Positions 13,555 to 26,496 of a DNA stretch of 64,000 nt are shown one piece after another. Position 1 is the first letter of the stretch. Each line of letters starts with the position of its first letter. The DNA is from the human T2T-CHM13v2.0 reference genome, Homo sapiens, in assembly GCF_009914755.1 (NCBI RefSeq), contig NC_060932.1, one strand, 5' to 3'. A program made the translations under genes and the position numbers. Below the pieces are notes generated by a model that was not told where the DNA came from, ran no database searches, and saw nothing but the letters and a program-made list of their open reading frames with translations.

Positions 13555-14090
13555 TCTTTGAATATATTTTTTATTTTTTTTGTCATGGTAAAATATACAT
13601 ACTATGGTTTGAACATGTTCCCCAAAGTTCATATGATGGAGACTTAATCCCCAGTGTAACAATGTTGAGAGGTGGGCCCTTTAAGAGGTGATTAGGACAT
13701 GAGGGCTCTGCCCTCATGCATAAATTGATTAACTTGGAAGTGGGTTTGTTATAAAGGTGATTTTGGTCCACTCTTGCTTTCTTGCTCTCTTGCCCTTTCT
13801 TTGCCCTTCTGCCATGGGATGATGCAGCAAGAAGGCCCCTGCCAGACATGCCCCCTACTCCCTGATCTCAGCCTCCAGAAGCATGAGCCAAATAAGTTTC
13901 TCTTCATTATAGATTACTCAGTCTCAGGGATTTTAACAGCATAAAAGAGACTAAGACAATGCATAACATAAAATTTATTATTTTCACCTTTTTAAAATGT
14001 ACTACTCAGTGGTATTAAGTACTATCATAATATATTTTAATCCTTTCTGCCACTGATGGACATTAAGGTGGTTTCCAATTTTTTAAAAAT
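13555..14090 (-). mobile_element. Older L1 (L1MB-like) 3'-end fragment, internally deleted, split by an MST LTR
   Basis: tggtaaaatataca|taacataaaatttattattttcacctttttaaaatgtactactcagtggtattaagtac, then ctgatggacattaaggtggtttccaattttt. Confidence 0.75.
13600..13958 (+). mobile_element. MST solo LTR (MSTB/C/D-like)
   Basis: ctatggtttgaacatgttccccaaagttcat...gagggctctgccctcatg...gatgatgcagcaagaaggccc...agactaagaca; TSD ATACA/ATGCA. Confidence 0.93.
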
Positions 14091-14463
14091 TTTATTTTAT
14101 TCTGGTAAAAACACTTAACATGAGATCTTCCCTTTGAACACATATTAAAGAGTATAATACATTATTGTTGACTACAGGTACAATGTTGTACAAAAGCCCT
14201 CTAGAGCTTATTTATCTTGCTTAACTAAAACTTTATGGCCATTGATTAGTAAGTCCCAATATTTCCCTCTCCTGGCAACCACCATGTTACTCTTTGATTC
14301 TATGAATTTGACTATTTTAGATACCTAACATAAAGTAGAATCATGTAGTATTGTCTTTCTGTGGTTGGCTTATTTCACTTAGCATAATGTCCTCAAAGTT
14401 CATCCAAGTTGCCCCATGTTGCAGAATTTTCTTCTTTTTATATGGCCAAATAGCATTTTATTG

Positions 14464-14535
14464 TATATATATATTATATATGTGAAATATATATAATCTC
14501 TCTATATAATATAGATTATATATATATTTTCACAT
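14464..14535. repeat. (TA)n-rich tract with inverted repeat, inside L1
   Basis: atgtgaaatatatataatct...agattatatatatattttcacat. Confidence 0.85.
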
Positions 14536-15906
14536 TTTCTTTACCCATTTATTCACTGATAGATGTTTAAGGTTGTTTCCATATTCTGGCTATTGTGAAT
14601 AGAGCTGCAATGAACAAGGGAGTGCTAATATTCCTTTGAGCTTCTGATTTCAATTCTTTTGAATAAGTACCCAGAAGTGGAATTGCTGAATCATATGGTA
14701 GCTCTATTTTTAATTTTTTTGAGGATTCTCCACACTGTTTTCCACAATGGCTGTACTAATTTACATTCCCACCAACTATGTGCAAGTGTCCCTTTTCTCC
14801 ACATCCTCTGTAACTCTTATTGTCTTTTGTTTTTTTGAGAGTAACCATCCTAACAGGTGTGAGATATCTTATTGTGGTTTTGGTTTGTATTTTCCTGATG
14901 ATTAGTGACATGAAGCATTTTTTCATATACTTATTGACCACTTTTATGTCTTCTTTGGATAGATGTCTATTCAAGTCCTTAACCCATCATTTATTTGGGT
15001 TATTAGTCTTCTTTTCTTTTTTTTTTTTTTTCCTGAAATTGAGTTGTAAGCTTCTTACAAGTTTAGAGATTAACTCCTTTTCAGATATATGGTTTGCAAT
15101 TATTTTCTCCCATTCCATCAGTTGCCTTTTCACTCTGTTGATTATTTCCTATATGGTTGTTTCACTCTGTTGATGTTTCCTTTATGTTTTCTTCTAGGAG
15201 TTTTATAGTTTCTGGTCTCATGTTTACATCATTAATCTACTTTGAGTTGATTTTTGTGTATTTTGTAAGAAAAGAGTCCAGTTTTATTCTTTTGCATGTG
15301 GAATCTGGTTTTTTCAGCACCATTTGTTGAAGAGACTATACTTTTCTTATTATCTATTCTGGATACCCTTCTCTAAGGTCAATTGACTGAAAGTGCATGG
15401 GTTTATTTCCAGACTATTCTATTCCATTGGTCTATGTATTTGTTTTTATACCAGTACCACACTGTTTTGATTATTATAGCTTTGTAATACATTTTATAAA
15501 TCAGGAAATGTGATGTTTTTTAGATTTAGTCTTCTTTTACAAGATTAATTTGGCTATATGTAGTCTTCTGTGGTTCCATATGAATTACAGAATTGCTTTT
15601 CCCTCCTATTTTTGTAAAAAATGCTATGGGGATTTTGATAGAGATTGTATTAAAATTGTAGTTAGTTTTTGGTAGTATGGGCATTTTAATAGTATTAAGT
15701 CTCCCAGTCCGTGAACATGGGATGTTTTTCCATTTGTGTTTCTTCTTTAATTTCTTTCATCAGTGTTTTGTGATTTTTAGTATACAAGTATTTCTGCTCA
15801 TTAACTAAGTTTATTTCTAAGTATTATATTCTTTTTGTTGCTGTTGTAAATAAAATTGTTTTCCTATTTTTCTTTTCAGATAGTCTTTTGTATAGAAATG
15901 CAACTG

Positions 15907-16099
15907 GGCTGGGTGTGGCTTGAGCCTGTAATCCCAGGGGTTTGGGAGGCCAAGGCAGGGGGAGGATTACTTGAGGCCAGGAGTTTGAGACCAGCCTGGA
16001 CAACACAGCAAGACCCTGTCTCTTAAAAATAAATTAGCTGGGCCTGGTGGTGCATGTCTGCAGTTCTTGCTACTCAAAAGGCTGAGGCAGGAGGATTAC
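15907..16099 (+). mobile_element. AluJ, 3'-truncated, no poly(A), inserted in L1
   Basis: GGAGGATTACTTGAGGCCAGGAGTTTGAGACCAGCCTGGACAACACAGCAAGACCC (J-type); ends at GAGGCAGGAGGATTAC; CAACTG on both sides. Confidence 0.92.
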
Positions 16100-16511
16100 A
16101 ACTGATTTTTGTGTGTTGGTTTTGTATTTTGAATTCTGCAATTTTAATGAATTTGTTTATTAGTTTTAATAGGTTGTTTTTTAATAGAGTCCTTGGAGTT
16201 TTCTGTGTATAAGATAATTCAAATGTCTTTTATTTCTTTTTCTTGCCTAATTGCTCTGGTTAGGACTTTCAGTATTCTGTTGAATAGAAGTGGCAAAAAT
16301 GGAGATCTTGCCTTGGTCCTGATCTTAGAGAGAAAGCTTTCAGGTTGTTGACATTGGATATGATGTTAGCTGTGGGATTTATATATATATATGCCCCTTT
16401 ATTATATTGAGGTACTTTTCTTACATTCATAGTTTGTTGAGAATTTTTATCCTGAAAGGAAGTTGGATTTTGCCAAATGCTTTTTCTGCATCTATTGAGA
16501 TGATTATGTGA

Positions 16512-16844
<333 letters not shown>

Positions 16845-17200
16845 GAATTTTTTATTTTAAACTATCTTTGCATCTCAGGGATAAATGTCATTTGGTGATG
16901 GTTTATCATTATCTTAATGTGCTGTTGGATTTTGTTTTCTAGTATTTTCTTGAGGATTTTTGCATCTATGTTCATCGAAGATATTGGCCTGTTTTCTGTT
17001 CTATGTGGTGTCATTGTCCGACTTTGGTGTCAGGGTAATGGCTTCATAAAATGAATTTGAAAGTGTCTCTTTCTCTTCAATTTTTAGAAGGAGTTTGAGA
17101 AGACGCGGCATTGTTTTTTCTTTAAGTGTTTGGTGGAATTTACTAGTGAATCTATCTGGTCCTGGGCTTTTCTTTGTTGGAGGATATTTTTATTAGTGAT

Positions 17201-17242
17201 TCAGATTAAATTGGACACATTTAGGGTGGTATGGCCATAAAT
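17201..17242 (-). pseudogene. 5S rRNA 5' fragment (nt 1-42), tailless retropseudogene
   Basis: Minus strand ATTTATGGCCATACCACCCTAAATGTGTCCAATTTAATCTGA vs 5S GTCTACGGCCATACCACCCTGAACGCGCCCGATCTCGTCTGA: 31/42 ungapped, 14-nt exact core, 10 of 11 mismatches are transitions. Confidence 0.85.
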
Positions 17243-20200
17243 TGATTATTATTTCAATCTCCATATTAGGAATAGGTCTGTTATGACTTTCTATTTGTTC
17301 ATGATTTAGTCCTGGTAGGTTGTATGTGTCTAGAAATTTATTAATTTCTTCTAAATTATCCAATTGGTTGGCGTAATTATTTGTACTACTCTCTTATGAT
17401 CCTTTTTATTTCTGTGACATCAGTTGTAATGCTTCTTCTTTCATTTATGACTGTTTATTTGAGTCTTTTTTTCTTAGTCTAGCTAAGGGTTTGCCAATTT
17501 TGTTTTTCTTTTCAGGAAACCAACTCTCAGTTTTATTGATTTTTAAATTATTTTTCTATATTCTGTTTATTTCTGTTCCAATATTTGTTATTTCTTTCCT
17601 TCTGCTAACTTTGGGGTTAGTTTGTTCTCTTTTTTTTAAGTTATTTCAGGTATAATGTTAGGTTGTTTATTTGAGGCCTTTTTTATTTTTAAATGCAGGT
17701 GTTTATTACTATGAACTTCCCTTTTAACACTGCTTTTACTACATCCTGTAAGTTTTCATATGTTGTGTTTTTTTATTTCATAGTCTTGAGGTATTTTCTA
17801 ATTTTGTTTTATTTCTTCTTTGGCTGAATGGATGCTGTGAGTGTGTTGTTAATTTGCATATATTTGGGAATTTTTCAGCTTGCTTTCTGCTATTGATTTT
17901 TAGTTTCATTCCATTGTGGTCTGAAAAGATACTTAGTATTATTTCAATCTTTTAAAATTTGTTATGACTTGTTTTGTGACCTAACATGTGATCTATTCTG
18001 GACAAAGTTTCATGTGAGCTTGAGAAGAATGTGTATTCTCCTGTTGCTTGATAGAATGTTCTATCAAACATTGTTGGTAGGACAATGTTACCAATTTTGG
18101 TAGAACGCTGGTTCTAATGTTACAAATGTTAGGGACATTTGGCCTATAGCATTATTCAAGTCCTCTGTTTCCTTATTGATTGTGTGTCTGGATGCTTTAT
18201 TTATTATTCAAGGTGGGATATTAAACTCTCCTACTATTACCTCCTATTACTGTATTGGTGTGTATTTTGCCTTTCAGTTCTGCCAATGTTTGCTTTATAT
18301 ATTCAGGTGCTTGATACTGTGACCCTTTTATCATTATATTATGTCCTTCTTTGTCTTCTGTGACAGCTTTTGACTTAAAGTTACTTTTTCTGATATATGT
18401 ATAATCATTTCTCCTCTCTTTTAGTTACCAGTTGCATGGAATATGTTTTCTATTCTTTCACTTTCAGTCTATGTGTATCCTTTAATCCAAAGTGAGTTTC
18501 CTATAGACAGCATACCATTGGGTCTTCTTTTTTTATGCATTAATCCACTCTATGAATTTAATATTTATTAAACTCTTTTTATTGGGGAGTTAAACCCGTT
18601 TACATTTAATGTAATTACTGCTAAGAAAGGGTTTATGGTTGCCATTTTAAAAATTGTTTTTTATCTATCTTGTGTTTCTTTTGGTCCTCTTTTACTTTCT
18701 TCTTGTCTTCTTTTGTGTTTTATTGATTTTGTTGTTGATATGCTTTGATTTTTTTTCTCTTTTCTTTGATGTAACTTCCATAGGTACTTTTTGTGTGTGT
18801 GGTTACTTTGGGACTTACATAAACTATAAATGGTCTATTTTAGGCTGATAAAAACTTAAGTTCAATCACATACACTTTAACTTCTCCCCTCAACCATACT
18901 TTATGTTATTATTGTCACAATTTATATCTATTTATATTGTATATCTTTAAATATATGTTTAGTTATGGTTATTTTTAATACTTTTGCCTTTTAACTTTTA
19001 TACTAGAATTAAAAGGGGTTTACTCCCCACTGTTACAGCAATACAGTATTCTCTATTTGTGTATATATAATATTTACCTTTACCAGTGAATTTCATACTT
19101 TCTTATGCTATAATGCAGCTGTTTAGTGTCCTTTTGTTTCAGCTAGAGGAACTCTATTTAACATTCTTGTAAGGCAGGTCTAGTGGTGTAGAATTCCATA
19201 AACTTTTGTTTGTGTGGCAAAGTCTTTATCTCTCTTTTAGTTTTGAATGACAGTTTAGTTGGGTATAGTATTCTTGGTTGACATTTCTTTTCTTTCAGCA
19301 CTGTGAATTTATTGTCTCACTTCCTTCTAGCCTATGAGGCTTCTGCTGAAAAATCTGCTTATAGTGTTGTGGCATTTCCCTTGTATGTAATGAGTCACTT
19401 TTTCCTTGCTGCTTTTAAATTTCTGACTGTCTTTGACTTTAGAACATTTAATTACAATATGCCTCATGAACATTTATTTGGTTTCATTTTATTTGGTTTT
19501 CTTTGAGCTTCTTGGATCTGGATGTCCATTTCCTTACTCAGATTTGGGAAGCTTTTAGTTATTGTTTCTTTGAATAAGCTTTCCAGTTATTTCTCTTCCT
19601 TCTTTGCTTCTGAGACTCCCCAATGTGTATATTGGTTCACTTGATGATCCTATAAGTCCCTTAAGCTTTCTTCAGTTTTTTTTTTTTTGCTTCTCTGACT
19701 AAACTATTTCCAATGACCTGTTGTTTAATTGATTCTTTTTTCTGCTTGGTGTAGTCTGCTGTTGAACTTCCCTAGCAAATTTTTAGTTTACAGTTACTAT
19801 GTTTTTCACCTCCATGATTTGATTTTGGAATTTTAAAATATCTTCTATTGTTTTGTTGAAATCATTACTTAGTTCATGCACATTTCCTTGACCTTGGTGA
19901 ACATCTTTATGACAGTTATTTTTAATTATCTGTCAGGTAAATTATATAAACCCATTTCATTAGGGTTGGTTTCTGTAAATTTATCTTGTTCCTTTGTTTG
20001 AAATATCTTTACCTGATTCTTCATCTTCCTTCTCTCTCTGTATTGTTATCTATGCATTAGACAAAGCAGGTACCTCTTCAAGTCCCTCATGGACTGGTCT
20101 TGCACAGGAACAGAACCCCACCAATCTGCCCAGACAATGATTCTGGAGTCTTCTTCCAACTCTTTCCCTCCCCAGGGAGAAGTAAGCAGCTGTGCTTTTT

Positions 20201-21363
20201 GTCCACTTGCTCTATGCTGAATTGTGGATTGGGGTTTGGGTAGAGTTATCAAAACCAAAGTCTCTGTCCTAGGCAGCTAGACTGTGCCAAACCCATCAGA
20301 GTTTCAGGATTGATGAAAGAAATGCCAGTTCTTCATGCAGCCCTGGAGAAGTTGGTCAGTGGGATGCATGGATCAAGTCTTTCCCTTCCCAGGGAGTAGC
20401 TGAGAGCTGGGATTTTAAAATTTTCTCACTCTGGGCTAAGCATGGGGGAGGATCTTTGGCCTCTACCAGTTCAAACTATGATCTCTGTTCTCCTTCAGGT
20501 AGCTAGATTATGCCAGATCTGTCAGAGCTCCAACGCTGGCAAGGGAGAAGCCAGTGCTCTTGGAGCCCCCTCAGAAAAGTTGGGGCTCTAGACATGTGAA
20601 CCAAGCCCTGCCTTTCCTCAAAAAAGCTGAGAGCTAAAGGATCTCTTCCTGATAGTATGGCACAGTGCCAGGGGTAGGAATTCTGGTGAGAGGGTGCCTT
20701 GAGTCTACCTGTCAACTTTGATGAGTCTGGTTTCACATTTATCTGGGTTGCAAGAGCCTTTCAATTCATTTCTGAATTTCTCAAAACGGGAATTTGTCTG
20801 TGAATTATTGCTCAATACGTGTGTTTGTGAGGAGAAGGAGGGTCTAGGGCTTTCTATTTTGCTATCTTGCTGATGTCCAAGCACAATCCATTCTTGACAA
20901 AGAAAATGCCACTGCATGTTACCATCATCATCACCATTAAAGAGTTGAGTTAACATTTTGTTGTCAAGGTTAATAAAGAGCTTTGATAAATGTCTTTTCA
21001 AAGTTAGGAAGAGAAGGAGCAAGGCAGTAAGTGTGCCTCTGTTCTACCTCTTTTTTTCTTCCTCTCAGTCTTCATGAACATCTTAGTGAGTATGATAACT
21101 ATGATGAAGCAGATTCAACAAAGGCAAGATAGTTTCTTATTTGCATTTTGAAACCACAGATCCTATCAGATAATTGGAATAGGGAGTTGGGGCTGCCTCC
21201 ATTTTCCTTTCTTATTTTTAGAGATATGTGATCCTGAAAGTGGTAACTTGGAAAATTTAAAAAAAGGAGTCATTTAATTACTTTAACATTATTTCTATTT
21301 TTCTTTTAATTTATCATATTATTTTAGATAAAGTCTTAATAGAAATTCTTAAAGCTTTAAAAT

Positions 21364-21498
21364 ACTCCAAAAATTCCAAGAAAAATTTTGTCCATTTGTG
21401 TTCTCTTCTGTCCAGCCCTATTGCAGAACATGATTCAATGGGGTTGGAAACGCTAACAGTAAACTCTTCTGATTTTTCTATCCTTGGCTATTTTTGAA
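21364..21498. repeat. Copy 1 of a ~135-bp diverged direct repeat
   Basis: Aligns by eye with 21824-21959 (tccatttgt, tcttctgtcca, attgcaga, gggttgg, taacagtaaa, tctatcc, gctatttt). Confidence 0.85.
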
Positions 21499-21823
21499 TA
21501 TTTGAATATAATTTTATTTTTTCTGTATGTGATTATGTAAAAGGTAAATATATTAGAAGGATTTGGATTAGATTCGTAACTATTTGATTTATCTAAAATA
21601 TTGGGTAATTTTTTTTTAGCAGCTTAATGGAAATTTCTGAGTGTTGGTAAATCACATGCATCTTCCCAGTGTAATACCTCGCTACTAATGGGGTTCTACT
21701 GGAAGGGAAGAAGGAGAAAATGGATTGGCTATTGGAGAAGTATTGGCAGCTCTGAATTATCCTTATCTATTATAAAAACATACTAATATCTCAATGAGAG
21801 AAACACTTTATAGTATAGAATCA

Positions 21824-21959
21824 ACTCCTAAAATCCCAAAGAGAACTTTTTCCATTTGTCCTTTCTTCTGTCCATCTCCATTGCAGATCATGGTTCTGCA
21901 GGGTTGGGAGGTTTAACAGTAAATTCTTCAGTTTTGTCTATCCACAGCTATTTTTTGAA
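21824..21959. repeat. Copy 2 of the ~135-bp diverged direct repeat (possible ancient LINE 3' end on minus strand)
   Basis: Same shared blocks as copy 1; minus-strand translation KIAVDRQN*RIYC. Confidence 0.8.
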
Positions 21960-23664
21960 GCATTTTCCATTACTAGGGCCATTTATATTTAGGCCCATTT
22001 CTACTGGTAAAGTATCCCATCTAACAACCTGGAGCATTAAACACCTCCTTAAAACTACTCATATGGTTTATTCTTTAGCTTACAACATGGTTTACACCAT
22101 CCTCCCAAAGAGCCAGTCAAATTGATCATAGCCACCTGTTCCCCCACCCCTACCCCTAACACTTATGTAGAAACATGCAATATCAGCCTTTCAACTGCTG
22201 CAAGGCTCACTTTGAAGTCACAATTTGCTAAGCTATCCTGGTAGAAGAAGCAACTCCTACATTTGTCTTTTAAACTGAAATATTTGCCTGTGAATTTCTA
22301 AGTTAATACATTTTGACAATAACCTATTTTTCAGCCTTGATTTTCTTCATTTCAAGTCTATGTTCTTAGCTCCTTAGCTCTCTGGACTAGTTTTTCATTA
22401 TAAATGGTGCTACCTTTTCATTGTAAACCCTGGGCAATTGTTTTTACTATCCCATTGCCGGCAAAAAGTACTATAAAGTGATTTTCCTGCCACATCAGTT
22501 ATACGGTAAGTCATTCCTGTATTTTTATCCTTGCTAAATTATCTGCCTTTGGCAAGAGATCACAGACAAACTACAGACAGGGTTATAATCACGCTGCCTG
22601 CAGTCCCACAGGTCTGGCTAGAAATGACTTTCTCTTCCAGACTCCATCCCCTTTCATGTACTCTTTTCTCTGAGACATTCACTTTTCTATTGTTTGCATA
22701 GTGAATTTCCTCCTTCTCTCCAAATTATTAGTTTCCCCTTCACCCATATCATGTCATTGAAATTGTCTTAAATAATAAAGTAAGAGCAAAATGTTAAAAG
22801 GATTTTATTTTTAAAAAGCTGTTTAACATTTTTGTTGTACTTTTTTAAAGCTCTTGCATCTATGAATTTTTGCATTTCCCATAAATACATCTTTTATACC
22901 AAATAAATTTAAAGTTAATTAAGCTGTTCTTGCTTTAATGGGGGATTGAGCTCTGAAATGTGATTGTTTGGAGTGAGGCATAGATTAGCAAAATGATTTC
23001 CTTTTCTCTGTGCATGGAAAACATTATGTCACATTTAGTAAGTACCTACTGGAATTCTTAGCTGTAGTTAAATCATGTTAGTATTTTCCTTGGGGTAGAA
23101 GCAGAGTGGTTAAGCCTGCTGAATGATTTGATATAGGTGAAAACTTGGCGGGGAGCCTTGTAACCTCAGGCTGTGAATCTGAGCTCAGCCACACATTTCT
23201 ACACATTCCCCAGCATCCCTTATTACAGATATGAGGAACTGTTTTAAGGAGGTGGTGGAGTTATTCCCATTTATTCAAGAACTGAACAGAGCTATTAGAA
23301 AGAAATTTTTAAGTCCTCTGTGGGATGAAAATCATTCTTCCACTGCTGTAAGACAGTGATGGAAGTTTTGTGTGCCAAGAGGAAAGAGCTGAAAGGACTA
23401 GAAAAATCATTGTGTTTTTCCACTCCTTTAAGTCATTAAAATCGGCTTAAACTATTGAAACTTATTTTTCATGCAACTGGCTCCTCCTACCATAACCTGT
23501 CAACATAATGCTTCCTATTTCTTCTTGATTTTTAAAAGTGCTGTGTTGAAACAAGGTAAGTTGATTCTGAAACTCTACAGTCCTGATGTTTCTAGATAGC
23601 ATTAGTACTGTCAGAAGTTTCTCTTTCTGGTGGTGCAGTTAGAAGGGGAATTTGTTTTGAAGAA

Positions 23665-23860
23665 GAGTCTGGGAGTATGAATCTGTACTTGTCAGCCACG
23701 ACCCTGCTCCAGTTACATGTCCTCTTTGAGCCTCAGTGTTCCTGTCTGAAAAAATGGGGAAAATTATGTCCAGGTTGCAGGGTTGTGGAAGAGGTTACAC
23801 TAATGCTTTTAGCACAGTAATTGGCACAAAATAAGTACTCAGGACTCAGTAAGTGTTAAT
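23665..23860 (+). mobile_element. MIR
   Basis: cagttacatgtcctctttgagcctcagtgttcctgtctgaaaaaatgggga...ttagcacagtaattggcacaaaataagtactca. Confidence 0.8.
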
Positions 23861-24039
23861 TGCCTTCTTTATGGCCCTCAAGAGTGATATTATTTTATCA
23901 GTAAAATCATCATATTATTTATGGTAGTACTCCAGATGTATTTTTTAAAATGCAAATAATTTGTATGAATGCAACTAAGTTTTTTTAGTAGAGATTCTTA
24001 TTTTAGCAGTACAAAAATATTAGCATATACTAACAGGTA

Positions 24040-24260
24040 TAGTATATCTTCAGGGTTAATTCTTAGCAGTAACATTATTTAATCAAAGGGAAATGCATTT
24101 TTTGATAATTATTGGCAAATTTCTCTACAAAAAGGCTGCATCAGTTTTGATTGCCTCCAAAGATGTATAGCAGTGCCCATTTCTCCATGCCCAGATAAGA
24201 ATTGGATTTTTTTTAAGTTTTAATTTGGGGGCCACTATGTGAAATAAAATCTATCATACT
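24040..24260 (-). mobile_element. L1ME-like fragment
   Basis: aattcttagcagtaacattatttaatcaaaggg...caaatttctctacaaaaaggctgcatcagttt...cagtgcccatttctcca. Confidence 0.65.
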
Positions 24261-24573
24261 GGCAAATAATTCATATAGGATTTAAACCTGAAGGTGCTGT
24301 GAAACTACCAGAAGGATTTTTAATGTCACAATCTATTGCTTTCCTTCTATGGACTCATACTTCTTTTCAGTGTTGGATTTCTGGGTGAAAATACTACCTC
24401 CTTCCCTTTATCCCCATTCTACCAGCTTCTTATATCCTTCCAGGCTTCTGTAGGGGGTCAAATTTCTTAGCCCAAAGTAACACAAACAAAAAAACAGAGA
24501 GAGCGGACCCTCTCACGATCTTTCATAGCTAGCAAACTTCTCTGGGCTTGTCTCATATAAAATCAGTAGAGAT

Positions 24574-24740
24574 CAGTGATACTCAAACTTGAATGTGTGT
24601 AAAAATCAGGGCATTGTGAAAAATAAAGATTTGTTCATTGTCCTCAAGAGAATCTCATTCTATAGGCCTGGGATGGGGCCTGAAAATTTTTAAATAAACA
24701 CCACAGGTGATATAGGCAACCCCCAGACCACAGTGGTATA
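24574..24740. mobile_element. MER5-family hAT MITE
   Basis: cagtgatactcaaacttgaatgtgtgtaaaaatca...tctcattctataggcctgggatggggcctgaaaatt...caggtgat...cagaccaca. Confidence 0.75.
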
Positions 24741-25349
24741 AGCTTCAGAAGGCACAAAACATTCATAGCACAGTACCATGTCCTGGAGAAGCAGAACCTC
24801 CCCATTTCACTTAGATACACAGCTTTTACCCAATCAGGTTCAGTCTCTGTAAAGATGTCTTTTATACTCAAGAATGGTAAATAGGTCCCAGACAGGCAAT
24901 TGAGCTTCCCCTGTGACTATGTGCTCTTTGCCTTTGAGCTGTGATGAGTCTTTGAGAAGTGAAGCTAAACCGCCAACACCTGATGGAAGTAAAGAAAGTA
25001 TTTTATTGGCCTGGTACTCATTCATTAACCTGAAAGCAACACCTTTGAGCTTCCTTGACATGGCAACATCACATGCCTCACCAATTACTCTCTTCTCTTC
25101 ATATCACCTACGCCTCTGACCTCAACTGAACTGGCAAAACTGTCAGGGAAAGCACCTTAATTATAACTGTGGTATGAAAAGTATGGCTAGGGAGATGAAG
25201 GAGGGAAAAGAGGCATTCAGAATTAGGTCATTTTTCTTAGAGTTTCTCAGCACTTTATCAAGTTTGTAGATGTTGCTGTTAATTGATTCAGCAAGCCTGC
25301 TCTGATGGCTTCTGATTCCTTTTGCTTGCCTAATCTGTACCTAGCGCGG

Positions 25350-25773
25350 TGTTATTAGGCCATTCTTTCATTGCTATAAATAAATACCTGAGACTGGATA
25401 ATTTATAAGAAAAGCGGTTTAATTCAATCATGGTTCTTCAGGCTTTAATGGAAGCATGGTACTGGCATCTGCTCAGCTTCTAGGGAGACCTCAGGAAGCG
25501 TACAATCATGGCGGAGATGAAAGAGGAGGTGGTATATCACATGGGGAAAGCAGGAGCAAGTGAGAGAGAGAGTGGAGGGAGGCGCCACACACTTTTAAAC
25601 AACCAGAACTCATGTGAGCCCAGAGTGAGAGCTCACTTATCACCAAGGAGATGGCCCAAGCCATTCATGTGGGATCTGCCACCATGCTCCAAACACCTCC
25701 CAACAGGCCCCATTTTCAACAGCGGGGATTACATCTCAACATGAGGTTTGGAGGGGCCATTCAAACTACATCA
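25350..25773 (-). mobile_element. MSTB-like solo LTR inserted in an L2 3' end
   Basis: ttgctataaataaatacctgagactgg...ggcatctgctcagcttctagggagacctcaggaag...gagagctcacttatcaccaagg...caaactacatca; TSD CGCGG/CATGG (CpG decay). Confidence 0.93.
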
Positions 25774-25819
25774 CATGGTTCCCAGTGCCTGGCATGTAGT
25801 CAGTAAGTGTTTTTTTCCA

Positions 25820-25945
25820 TGTTCATACATGTACACACTCCTTCAACAACTATCTACTGAGAGTCTGACTCCGAGCAGGCCTGTGGGATATGATGGCAAA
25901 CAAGACGGATTTGGTCCTTCCCCTGGGGTTTACATTTTGATTGTC
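25820..25945 (-). mobile_element. L2 3' fragment
   Basis: ttcaacaactatctactgag...caggcctgtgggatatgatggcaaacaagac...gtccttccc. Confidence 0.55.
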
Positions 25946-26134
25946 GAAATTCATTGTAAATTACAGTTGGTATACTGCTACAAATAATGTATGAGCTTTA
26001 GTGGGAATGAGCAATTTAACTGGGAAATCAGTCTAAGTTTTCCTTCAGAGCATCCCAAACTAAAAATAAATAAACAAATGAAAACATGATGAATCTTTTT
26101 GGTCAATACGATAAGCTATTTCAGGATATTTTAA

Positions 26135-26496
<362 letters not shown>

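Noticed and set aside
14756-14974. L1 ORF2p-like ORF as a functional CDS
   Set aside because: A short remnant of a decayed L1 with stops, deletions and nested insertions
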